Of a stretch of DNA of 64,000 nucleotides, positions 35,270 through 47,100 are shown piece after piece. The position numbers were made by a program, and so were the translations under genes. Origin of the DNA: Eledone cirrhosa (Eukaryota); assembly GCA_964016885.1 (NCBI GenBank), contig OZ024764.1, positions 28,892,001-28,956,000 on the forward strand. Reading direction: 5' to 3'. A model generated the notes under the pieces. That model saw only the letters and a program-made list of their open reading frames with translations, searched no databases and was not told the DNA's origin. Every line of letters starts with the position of its first letter. Positions within the stretch are counted from its first letter, which is position 1.

Positions 35270-36181
35270 TATTCAAATTATCCCCTGTGGGGCGTGCACC
35301 CCACGTTGAGAATCCCTCATAAATAAATATATGTGAGTGTGTTGCTATGACTGCTATTTCTAGCAGGTTTACTGCAGTCCTGTAGACGCACAACAAAAAC
35401 CGGAAGTGGCAGCCATTAAAAAACTTTGGCTTAAAATCAGGCAAAAGTTTTTTAACAATTTGCCAAGAAAGATAACTCTTGTCTTACTTAAGGCAAAAAT
35501 GTTGCGGGTGTGCAGATTGTTTGGTGTATTTGACTGCTATTTCTAGCATATATGGACACTTTAGAAATAGCAGCAAAACACGGGAAACATAAGAAAGAAG
35601 GTCACACACGTATATATATATATATAATTATGTATCTGTATATATATATACACATATATACATATATATATGCACAGATATATACATTTAAATATATATA
35701 TTTATATATACATACACGCGCGCACACACACCTATACGTAGATATGGGTGTGTGTATAGCTGGTATATATATATATATATGTATGGGTGAGTGTATAGCT
35801 GGTATATATATATATATATATATATAGGTGTGTGTCCTTCTTTCTGCTGTTTTCCGTTTTTCGCTGCTATTTCTAAAGTGTCCATACATGCTAGAAATAG
35901 AAGTCAAATACACCAAACAAACTGCACACCCGCAAAATTTTTGCCTCGATTTTTGCGATTAAGTAAGACAAGAGTTATCTTTCTTGGCAAATTGTTAAAA
36001 AACTTTTGCCTGATTTTAAGCCAAAGTTTTTTAATGGCTGCCACTTCCGGTTTTTGTTGTGCGTCTACAGGACTGCAGTAAACCTGCTAGAAATAGCAGT
36101 CATAGAAACACACTCACATATATTTATTTATGAGGTATTCTCAACGTGGGGTGCACGCCCCACAGGGGATAATTTGAATAT
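35270..36181. repeat. Long imperfect inverted repeat 2 (arms ~35270-35625 and ~35812-36181) around a TA-rich spacer
   Basis: Reverse-complement arms; mirrored pseudo-ORFs MPDFKPKFF.. (35241-35444 minus, 36006 plus) and MDTLEIAAK.. (35552 plus, 35885 minus). 35161-35450 is a direct copy of 33442-33730. Confidence 0.9.
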
Positions 36182-36699
36182 CCCCCTCTTTATATCAATT
36201 AGCACTAACTCTCTCCCTCTCTATATCTACTACACGGCACTCTCTTCCAATACCCCTCTCTATATGAAGAAACACCAAACTCTCCCCCTCTCTATATATT
36301 AAGCACTAAGTCAGGAATTTTTTTCTTCTTTTGTGCAGAGAGAGTAAAGTTGATTAAATCTACTGCAGTGAATTACTGGTATTTTATTTAATAAAAATTA
36401 AAATTTACTATTTGTCTTCGTTTAATTTTCGTTTTTCTTTACATAGTTTCGTTTCGTTAAATGTCTCCAGAATTTGTTTTTACTTTTACCGGATATTGAA
36501 GGTGTAAACTTGGTGTTGTCTAGAAACGTGTTAGAAATATTTTTCTTTTAATTGTGACGATTTTAACCGCAAAGTAAGTTTTTTTTACTGTTTATTTGTG
36601 GCTGGGACAACGTATGGTATGTGTTAATGTAAATGGTGAAGGTTTAAAGATTCTTTTTACAACTGAAAATCAGTTTGTTGTTGCTGCTAATTACTTAAC

Positions 36700-37243
36700 G
36701 CATGGAATAGATTTAAAAAATACACGATTGTTTCTCGGAAGAGAGGAAGAAGAAACAAATCACAGAAGCGGGTAGCACACACATTTGGGACCACATACAA
36801 CACAAAAACAGGTAATCCACACATCTGGGACCACATACAACACACCAGCAGGTAATACATACATCTAGGACCACATAAGCAGGTAATAACACATCTAGGA
36901 CCACATACAACACACAAGCAGGTAATACACACATCTAGGACGACATACAACCAAAGGCAGGCGAAAGGGGTGGACAAACGAGCTGCTACTAGAGCAAAAG
37001 ATAACAGTATCGCGAGGAGCACTGGGAAACCTCTCTAATGATTTTTTAGGCAAGCCAGCACGTCTGCAGCGTTACCTCGGGCGATGGCGAGGCTGAGGAG
37101 CTGGAACAACCAAGTGCCCTCACGAGCTTCACCAGTCACCTTCGTCAGGCTAGCCGCCAGTGAAGATAGGAATCTCGCAGTCAGTATCCCGACTCCCCCA
37201 AACGCCACAGGCTGGAAAATGTAGTTGGCCGACAGATCACATT
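36700..37243. mobile_element. Unclassified 544-bp insertion flanked by a 10-bp direct repeat
   Basis: ATTACTTAAC at 36690-36699 and 37244-37253. The interior shares spaced motifs with 4067-4423. Confidence 0.35.
36771..36951. repeat. 40-bp minisatellite (~4.5 units, one 30-bp unit)
   Basis: ACATYTRGGACCACATACAACAC..CAGGTAAT at 36781, 36821, 36861, 36891 and 36931. Confidence 0.9.
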
Positions 37244-37276
37244 ATTACTTAACTGTGATAGATATTCTGTCTAAAG

Positions 37277-37345
37277 GAGGGGCGTACAACAGGCGGCCCG
37301 CGGGCCACAATCGAGCCCACCTGACCAGTCAGAGTGGCCCGCAAT
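37277..37345. mobile_element. hAT-like subterminal end (GCGGCCCGCGGGCCACA motif)
   Basis: GGGGCGTACAACAGGCGGCCCGCGGGCCACA...GTGGCCCGC resembles the GGCCC-rich ends of hAT-Charlie MITEs. Confidence 0.4.
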
Positions 37346-37396
37346 GACTGTTGTAGGCTTATTTAGAATTTTTTCCATACCCGTAATACTTCTGTT

Positions 37397-38038
37397 AGTT
37401 GACCTATACTAAAGGACTTCACTGATAGGGTTATATGTGTTATAGTTTCCCAGTTGACCTATACTAAAGGACTTCACTGATAGGGTTATATGTGTTATAG
37501 TTTCCCAGTTGACCTATACTAAAGGACTTCACTGATAGGGTTATATGTGTTATAATTTCCCAGTTGACCTATACTAAAGGACTTCACTGATAGGGTTATA
37601 TGTGTTATAGTTTCCCAGTTGACCTATACTAAAGGACTTCACTGATAGGGTTATATGTGTTATAGTTTCCCAGTTGACCTATACTAAAGGGCTTCACTGA
37701 TAGAGTTATATGTGTTATAGTTTCCCAGAGGGCTTCACTGATAGGGTTATATGTGTTATAGTTTCCCAGTTGACCTATACTAAAGGACTTCACTGATAGG
37801 GTTATATGTGTTATAGTTTCCCAGTTGACCTATACTAAAGGACTTCACTGATAGGGTTATATGTGTTATAGTTTCCCAGTTGACCTATACTAAAGGACTT
37901 CACTGATAGGGTTATATGTGTTATAGTTTCCCAGTTGACCTATACTAAAGGACTTCACTGATAGGGTTATATGTGTTATAGTTTCCCAGTTGACCTATAC
38001 TAAAGGGCTTCACTGATAGAGTTATATGTGTTATAGTT
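37397..38038. repeat. 55-bp minisatellite, ~12 highly homogeneous units
   Basis: AGTTGACCTATACTAAAGGACTTCACTGATAGGGTTATATGTGTTATAGTTTCCC at 37397, 37452, 37507, 37562, 37617, 37672, 37727 (41-bp unit), 37768, 37823, 37878, 37933 and 37988. Confidence 0.97.
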
Positions 38039-38134
38039 TGAAACAAACTACCCGCATCAGTTATTATACTTTTATAACACCGCTATATTACCTACATGAA
38101 AGAGGTAAATATTTATTTCTCTTGTCTTCTTAAA

Positions 38135-38616
38135 TGTATAGAACATTTTTATTATATATATTCTTAACATAGCTAGGACCGTTTATTATTTACTAGTCTC
38201 TACTCCTAGGACTTTGCTGGTCTCATGTCCCCTCCATCAACACACACTCGGTAGAAAGCTGGTCGTCGGAGGTAAAGTGGCCCTGATTACAGGTCTAGTA
38301 TTGAAGCCTTTCGGCTTGAGCCTTGCTGATGCCGACAGAGTTCCTGTGGTAGTTTTGGTAGCACAGGTGACATTTTATTGTGTTTAGGTACCGGCTAGTG
38401 CGGACACAGAGAGCACAACCAGGTGGTGAGCTGGCAACGACCAAGTGTAGAGGGCCAGCTTTGAAATTCGAGCGACGGAGTGAACTAGTAAAAGAGGCAG
38501 GGTAAGCAGCATTGGTTCTAACGGTGGGACTAGAACGGAGGTTGGGTGATGCTGGGGGTGGGCTAACAGCTAACAGTTGTAGGAGTGGTGGGGGTTTGCT
38601 AGGATTAATTTTTACA
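38135..38616 (-). mobile_element. Possible solo LTR (482 bp)
   Basis: Termini TGTA...TACA; AATAAA motifs ~15 and ~50 bp from the minus-strand 3' end; cuts the helicase frame just after SRVHR. No TSD. Confidence 0.35.
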
Positions 38617-40955
38617 TCTGTCTGTGAACTCTTGAAAAAGCAACATACAATTGTCCAGGGTTAAATACTTGCTCAGGGAGGAACAGACCCACTTTATCAT
38701 GTATTTGACCATGGTTCTTGTTGATTGTCATGGCATATGACAGTCTTAATGGAAACTGGGGTCTTTCCGAAGTAAAAAGGATGTTGGCACCACTGGGGGC
38801 TCACTTCAGTCTTGGGATCAAAACACACCTGCCCATCAAAGGACCATAGATATGAGAAGCTTTGATAAAATGTTTATGCAGTTCTACTACTTCTAATCTT
38901 GTGCCATTACATAATCTGTTCTGAATTGAAATATTCCATAGAAGCATTATTATTGATCCTGCTTTTAATTGGAGTTTGTGAGGCGGCATCCCAGAAGGTG
39001 TAAGCAAGTTCATTTAGCTTGAACCAGGCAGCAAGGGTCCCTGCATTTCTACCACAACCTGAGCATTGCCTCTTTGAAAGTAAACTCTGTTTGTTCTCCA
39101 GGTGTGTGGCTAGGCTGTATAATGTATGTGATGTACCATGAAGCTTAAATTCGGACAGACACGACACTGCTTCTGGCTGAGACACATACCTGCAACAAAG
39201 ATAGGTTCTTATTTCATCATGGTTGTGTTGGTTCTGAGCCTCATTAGGTAATGCATTATTCGTTACTTCTATAGATGTACAATCATGCCCCATGTAACAT
39301 ATTTAAAGAGGTACTTGACACTTTTTACAGAAGCGCAAACTTCAACATTAATATTTCTTAAGCAAAAAGGCATTAAATGGCACAACATTCCTGTTATCTA
39401 CTGAATGTCATCCAATTTACACTGCAGTTCCTGTCTTGCACCTCCTGTACTCTGGGTATCCATTTAGGTTCAATAATGTTTCCCTTCTGTAGGTTTTTGG
39501 ATAGTTCTTTTGGAAAAATCCATTTTGTATAAATGGGGGAAAAGGGTTTCCAGAACCACATGGCCCGTGTATCATAAACTTTTAAACCTGCTCATGTAGT
39601 ACTTGATCATCTTCCAATGCAGGTATTTCTGCTGACACGATTCTGTCAATGTCTTCTCTGTTTCTTATCTTGTCTTCATTTCTTAAGGCTCAGTGTTATC
39701 ATCTGTTTAGATAATTCATTAAACCATTATACTCATCCACTCACAATTGGGCTTGATTGTTCCTCAAATATTGAAGCCTGCATCCCCCTACTTTCATATA
39801 GGCTTCCACTAAATACTGCTAAAATAATTTACCTGCCCTATATATCGCACTAAATCCTCCTCTATATGCTATACTGTATATGTAATACTCCTGCATTGTC
39901 AGTCTATTGCAAACACAGGTCCTGCATTCCTCTCCATGTCACTATGCCACCAAAATTCACCATTATGGGTTGGTCATGAGGTCCAAGTGGCATGAATTAT
40001 GTGATATATTCTGAGGAGGATGGTCTTTAGGAAAGATGATAATATCTCTTTGTACAGGTGGTCTGCCCTCAATCCCCCACAAAACAACAGCTATCATTAC
40101 TAGTTGGTAAATTATAGCAGCTCATATCTGATCCTCTTCTAAATCTTAATTTACAGTTCTGTACACAACAATTTTCTCTTCTTGCACTTTGCTGTTTGAT
40201 GCCATGCATTGTATTGTACACTTCGACATATGGATTACATCACGCAACACCTCTCTTATCATAGCCATTTTTTGTGGTGAGCACTCATTATTTGTTGGTA
40301 CTAGGGCGGTGGATTGGCAGTATCGGTAGAGCGTCAGACACCATGCTTTGCAGCATAGGGTTATGGCCCTTTACGTTCTGGGTTCAAATCCCTCCAAGGT
40401 TGACTTTGTTTTCATCCTTATGAGGTCGATAGAATAAAGTACCAGTAATTGCTGGCCTTGTGCCAGAAACAATTATTTGGTCGTACTTCCAATCTGTGCT
40501 ACACACCTTCGTTCCCATCAATAATATATAACTGGCCATATTGTGGTGTATTTTCTGCAGGTTACAGAGATGGGGGTGTAGTGATATGTTTGACCCTGAA
40601 TATGAAAGCTATATGGGCCTCTGCCGGGTGGTAACACCAAATGAAGTGAAATAAATGTAGTTTTAATTGCAGACGTTTCTGTGAAATCAACTGCTTCCTG
40701 GCCTCTTTCAAAGAGATTTCTCAGTCTCTCGGGGTATATTTGCAATGGAGGCAACACAACCTTTCCTTTATTACAACAGTTACAATTTTTATTTCTAAAT
40801 TTCAAAGCTTCACAGTGATCACACGAAACATTCATATCACTAATATGTAATTCTTCTAGATTTCCATTAATATTAATTGTTGGCCAATTTCTCTTACGAC
40901 GCTCATTATCCATTCTTCTCTGTCTGAATGTTTTCCATTCTAAGTCTATTTGCAT
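38617..40955 (-). pseudogene. Decayed, internally deleted Helitron RepHel, copy B
   Basis: Same motifs as copy A, plus TLAAWFKLN and LTPSGMPPHKLQLKAGSIIMLLWN..LCNGTRL..IPRL (PIF1 helicase C-terminal part) in ORFs 38801-39013, 38907-39293 and 40518-40955. Confidence 0.93.
40303..40471 (+). mobile_element. SINE copy inside Helitron B
   Basis: Same 169-bp insertion; TSD at 40287-40302 and 40472-40487. Confidence 0.85.
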
Positions 40956-41059
40956 GGAATAATTATATTCTGTTGTTTATTATGTAATTAAATAGCTCTG
41001 TACAATACATAGAGCATTCTTCTTTTCTTTACCTTTTCTATAGAAATACAAGAACAAAC

Positions 41060-41091
<32 letters not shown>

Positions 41092-41130
41092 GTGTGTATA
41101 TACATAAACAAGACTGTTATTACTCCAACC

Positions 41131-44100
41131 AGATGAAACTCTGTCATGTAATGTTATGGACATATCTGCCCCTGTGGCTAATAATTCTGTCATGTAATGT
41201 TATGGACATCTCTGCCCCTGTGGCTAATAATTCTGTCATGTTATGTTATGGACATCTCTGCCCCTGTGGTTAATAATTCTGACATGTAATGTTATGGACA
41301 TCTCTGCCCTGTGGCTAATAATTCTGACATGTAATGTTATGGACATCTCTGCCCCTGTGGCTAATAATTCTGAGAGAGATGAAACACGTGGGGGATTAGA
41401 GAGAGATAAAACAAGTGAGGGATTAGAGTGTTGAAACAAGAGAGAGAGAGGAAGAGAGAGAGAGAGCGAGATGAAATGAGACAGGGAGAGCGAGATGAAA
41501 CGCGAGAGTGAGAGAAGCGAGATGAAACGAGAGAGTGAGAGCGAGATGAAACGAGAGAGAGAGAGAGCGAGATGAAACGAGACAGAGAGAGCGAGATGTA
41601 ATGAGAGAGAGAGAGAGCGGGATGGAACGAGACAGAGAGGAAACGAGAGAGAGAGGAAACGAGAGTGAGGAAACGAGAGTAGAGAGCGAGATGAAACAGG
41701 AGAGAGAGAGCGAGATGAAACGAGAGGGAGAGAGAGATGAAACGAGGGAGATAGAGATGAAACGAGAGAGAGGAAGAGAGAGATGGAACGAGAGAGAGGA
41801 AGACAGAGATGAAACGAGAGAGAGAGAGAGATGAAACGAGAGAGAGAGAGCGCGAGATGAAACGAGAGAGAGAGAGCGCGAGATGAAACGACAGAGAGAG
41901 AGACAGATGAAAGGAGGGAGATAGAGATGAAACGAGAGAGAGGAAGAGAGAGATGGAACGAGCGAGAGGAAGAGAGAGATGGAACGAGAGAGAGGAAGAC
42001 AGAGATGAAACGAGAGAGAGGAAGAGAGAGAGCGCCAGATGAAACTCTGTCATGTAATGTTATGGACATATCTGCCCTTGGGGCTAATAATTGTCATGTA
42101 ATGTTATGGACATCTCTGCCCCTGTGGCTAATAATTCTGTCATGTAATGTTATGGACATCTCTGCCCCTGTGGCTAATAATTCTTTCATGTAATGTTATG
42201 GACATCTCGGCCCCTGTGGCTAATAATTCTGACATGTAATGTTATGGACATCTCTGCCCCTGTGGCTAATAATTCTGACATGTAATGTTATGGACATCTC
42301 TGCCCTGTGTCTAATAATTCTGACATGTAATGTTATGGACATCTCTGCCCCTGTGGCTAATAATTCTGTCATGTAATGTTATGGACATCTCTGCCCCTGT
42401 GGCTAATAATTCTGACATGTAATGTTATGGACATCTCTGCCCTGTGGCTAATAATTCTGACATGTAATGTTATGGACATCTCTGCCCCTGTGGCTAATAA
42501 TTCTGAGAGAGATGAAACAAGTGAGGGATTAGAGAGAGATAAAACAAGTGAGGGATTAGAGTGTTGAAACAAGAGAGAGAGAGGAAGAGAGAGAGAGGAA
42601 GAGAGAGAGAGAGCGAGATGAAATGAGACAGGGAGAGCGAGATGAAACACGAGAGTGAGAGAAGCGAGATGAAACGAGAGAGTGAGAGCGAGATGAAACG
42701 AGAGAGAGAGAGAGCGAGATGAAACGAGACAGAGAGAGCGAGATGTAATGAGAGAGAGAGAGAGTGGGATGGAACGCGAGAGAGAGGAAACGAGAGTAGA
42801 GAGCGAGATGAAACGAGAGGGAGAGAGAGATGAAACGAGAGAGCGAGAGACAGATGAAACGAGGGAGATAGAGATGAAACGAGAGAGAGAAAGAGAGAGA
42901 GAGCGCGAGATGAAACGAGAGAGAGAGAGCGCGAGATGAAACGACAGAGAGAGAGACAGATGAAAGGAGGGAGATAGAGATGAAACGAGAGAGATGAAGA
43001 TAGAGATGGAACGAGAGAGAGCAAGAGAGAGATGGAACGAGAGAGAGGAAGACACTGATGAAACGAGAGAGAGAGAGAGCGAGATGAAACTCTGTCATGT
43101 AATGTTATGGACATCTCTGCCCCTGTGGCTAATAATTCTGACATGTAATGTTATGGACATCTCTGCCCTGTGGCTAATAATTCTGAGAGAGATGAAACAA
43201 GTGAGGGATTAGAGTGTTGAAAGAAGAGAGAGAGAGCGAGATGAAATGAGAGAGTGTGAGCGAGATGAAACGAGACAGGGAGAGCGAGATGAAACGAGAG
43301 AGTGAGAGCGAGATGAAACGAGAGAGTGAGAGCGAGATGAAACGAGAGAGAGAGAGCGAGATGAAATGAGAGAGAGAGAGCGAGATGAAATGAGAGAGAG
43401 AGAGCGAGATGAAACGAGACAGAGAGAGAGCGAGATGAAACGAGAGAGTGAGAGCGAGATGAAACGAGAGAGAGAGAGCGAGATGAAACAGGAGGGAGAG
43501 AGAGAGGAAACGAGAGTAGAGAGCGAGATGAAACAGGAGAGAGAGAGAGCGAGATGAAACAGGAGAGAGAGAGCGAGATGAAACGAGAGGGAGAGAGAGA
43601 TAGAGGGAGATGAAACGACAGAGAGAGAGACAGATGAAACGAGAGAGAGAGATAGAGATGAAACGAGAGAGAGAGATGAAATGAGAGAGAGGAAGAGTGA
43701 GATGGAACGAGAGAGAGGAAGAGAGAGATGGAAGACAGAGGTGAAACGAGAGAGAGAGAGAGCGAGATGAAACGAGAGAGAGGAAGAGAGAGAGCGCGAG
43801 ATGAAACGAGAGAGAGAGAGCGCGAGATGAAACTCTGTCATGTAATGTTATGGACATATCTGCCCTTGGGGCTAATAATTGTCATGTAACGTTATGGACA
43901 TCTCTGCCCCTGTGGCTAATAACTCTGACATGTAATGTTATGGACATCTCTGCCCCTGTGGCTAATAATTCTGAGAGAGATGAAACAAGTGAGGGATTAG
44001 AGAGAGATAAAACAAGTGAGGGATTAGAGTGTTGAAACAAGAGAGAGAGAGGAAGAGAGAGAGAGAGAGCGAGATGAAATGAGACAGGGAGAGCGAGATG

Positions 44101-47100
44101 AAACGAGACAGAGAGGAAACGACAGAGAGGAGACGAGAGTAGAGAGCGAGATGAAACAGAAGAGAGAGAGCGAGATGAGACGAGAGGGAGAGAGAGATGA
44201 AACGAGAGAGCGAGAGAGAGATGAAACGAGGGAGATAGAGATGAAACGAGAGAGAGGAAGAGAGAGATGGAACGAGAGAGAGGAAGAGAGAGAGGAAGAC
44301 AGAGATGAAACGAGAGAGAGAGAGAGCGAGATGAAATGAGAGAGAGAGAGCGCGAGATGAAACGAGAGAGAGAGAGCGCGAGATGAAACGACAGAGAGAG
44401 AGACAGATGAAACGAGAGAGAGGAAGAGAGAGATTGAACGAGAGAGAGGAAGAGAGAGATGGAACGAGAGAGAGGAAGACAGAGATGAAACGAGAGAGAG
44501 AGAGAGCGAGAGGAAACGAGAGAGAGAGAGCGCAAGATGAAACGAGAGAGAGAGAGAGCGCGAGATGAAACTCTGTCATGTAATGTTATTGACATATCTG
44601 CCCCTGTGGCTAATAATTGTCATGTAATGTTATGGTCATCTCTGCCCCTGTGGCTAATAATTCTGTCATGTAATGTTATGGACATCTCTGCCCCTGTGGC
44701 TAATGATTCTGACATGTAATGTTATGGACATCTCTGCCCCTGTGGCTAATAATTCTGACATGTAATGTTATGGTCATCTCTGCCCCTGTGGCTAATAATT
44801 CTGAGAGAGATGAAACAAGTGAGGGATTAGAGTGTTGAAAGAAGAGAGAGAGAGCGAGATGAAATGAGAGAGTGTGAGCGAGATGAAACGGGACAGGGAG
44901 AGCGAGATGAAACGAGAGAGTGAGAGCGAGATGAAACGAGAGAGTGAGAGCGAGATGAAACGAGAGAGAGAGAGCGAGATGAAATGAGAGAGAGAGAGCG
45001 AGATGAAATGAGAGAGAGAGAGCGAGATGAAACGAGACAGAGAGAGAGCGAGATGAAACGAGAGAGTGAGATCGAGATGAAACAGGAGAGAGAGAGAGCG
45101 AGATGAAACAGGAGAGAGAGAGCGAGATGAAACGAGAGGGAGAGAGAGATAGAGGGAGATGAAACGACAGAGAGAGAGACAGATGAAACGAGAGAGAGAG
45201 ATAGAGATGAAACGAGAGAGAGAGATGAAATGAGAGAGAGGAAGAGTGAGATGGAACGAGAGAGAGGAAGAGAGAGATGGAAGACAGAGGTGAAACGAGA
45301 GAGAGAGAGAGCGAGATGAAACGAGAGAGAGGAAGAGAGAGAGCGCGAGATGAAACGAGAGAGAGAGAGCGCGAGATGAAACTCTGTCATGTAATGTTAT
45401 GGACATATCTGCCCTTGGGGCTAATAATTGTCATGTAACGTTATGGACATCTCTGCCCCTGTGGCTAATAACTCTGACATGTAATGTTATGGACATCTCT
45501 GCCCCTGTGGCTAATAATTCTGAGAGAGATGAAACAAGTGAGGGATTAGAGAGAGATAAAACAAGTGAGGGATTAGGGTGTTGAAACAAGAGAGAGGAAG
45601 AGAGAGAGAGAGCGAGATGAAATGAGACAGGGAGAGCGAGATGAAACGCAATAGTGAGAGAAGCGAGATGAAACGAGAGAGTGAGAGCGAGATGAAACGA
45701 GAGCGAGAGAGAGCGAGATGAAACGAGACAGAGAGAGCGAGATGTAATGAGAGAGAGAGAGCGGGATGGAACGAGACAGAGAGGAAACGAGAGAGAGGAA
45801 ACGAGAGTAGAGAGCGAGATGAAACGAGAGGGAGAGAGAGATGAAACGAGAGAGCGAGAGAGAGATGAAACGAGGGAGATAGAGATGAAACGAGAGAGAG
45901 GAAGAGAGAGATGGAACGAGAAATAGGAAGAGAGAGATGGAACGAGAGAGAGGAAGACAGAGATGAAACGAGAGAGAGAGAGAGAGCGAGATGAAACGAG
46001 ACAGAGAGAGCGCGAGATGAAACGAGACAGAGAGAGCACGAGATGAAACGACAGAGAGAGAGACAGATTGAAGGAGGGAGATACAGATAAAACGAGAGAG
46101 AGGATGAGAGAGATGGAACGAGAGAGAGGAATAGAGAGATGGAACGAGAGAGAGGAATACAGAGATGAAACGAGAGAGAGAGAGAGCAAGATGAAACGAG
46201 AGAGAGAGAGCGCAAGATGAAACGAGAGAGAGAGAGCGCGAGATGAAACTCTTTCATGTAATGTTATTGATATATCTGCCCCTGTGGCTAATAATTGTCA
46301 TGTAATGTTATGGTCATCTCTGCCCCTGTGGCTAATAATTCTGTCATGTAATGTTATGGACGTCTCCGCCCCTGTGGCTAATAATTCTGACATGTAATGT
46401 TATGGACATCTCTGCCCCTGTGGCTAATAATTCTGACATGTAATGTTATGGACATCTCTGCCCTGTGGCTAATAATTCTGACATGTAATGTTATGGACAT
46501 CTCTGCCCCTGTGGCTAATATTTCTGAGAGAGATGAAACAAGTGAGGGATTAGAGAGAGATAAAACAAGTGAGGGATTAGGGTGTTGAAACAAGAGAGAG
46601 GAAGAGAGAGAGAGAGCGAGATGAAATGAGACAGGGAGAGCGAGATGAAACGCAATAGTGAGAGAAGCGAGATGAAACGAGAGAGTGAGAGCGAGATGAA
46701 ACGAGAGAGAGAGAGAGCGAGATGAAACGAGACAGAGAGAGCGAGATGTAATGTGAGAGAGAGAGAGCGGGATGGAACGAGACAGAGAGGAAACGAGAGA
46801 GAGGAAACGAGAGTAGAGAGCGAGATGAAACGAGAGGGAGAGAGAGATGAAACGAGAGAGCGAGAGAGAGATGAAACGAGGGAGATAGAGATGAAACGAG
46901 AGAGAGGAAGAGAGAGATGGAACTAGAGAGAGGAAGAGAGAGATGGAACGTGAGAGAGGAAGACAGAGATGAAACGAGAGAGAGAGAGAGCGAGATGAAA
47001 CGAGACAGAGAGAGCGCGAGATGAAACGAGAGAGTGAGAGCACGAGATGAAACGACAGAGAGAGACAGATGAAAGGAGGGAGATAGAGATGAAACGAGAG

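Larger units (their letters stand above)
38067..41132 (+). repeat. ~3.07-kb direct duplicate of 1052-3983
   Basis: Colinear from TACTTTTATAACACCGC to TACTCCAACCAG, with scattered substitutions and short indels. Confidence 0.95.

Noticed and set aside
33522-36302. Four-copy small protein family MADFKPKFFNGCHFRF...
   Set aside because: TTG starts, variable ends and location inside inverted-repeat arms; the apparent conservation is simply DNA duplication.
36181-36392. CCCTCTCTATAT degenerate repeats and a possible reverse SINE 3' fragment
   Set aside because: Too short and diverged to delimit or classify by eye.
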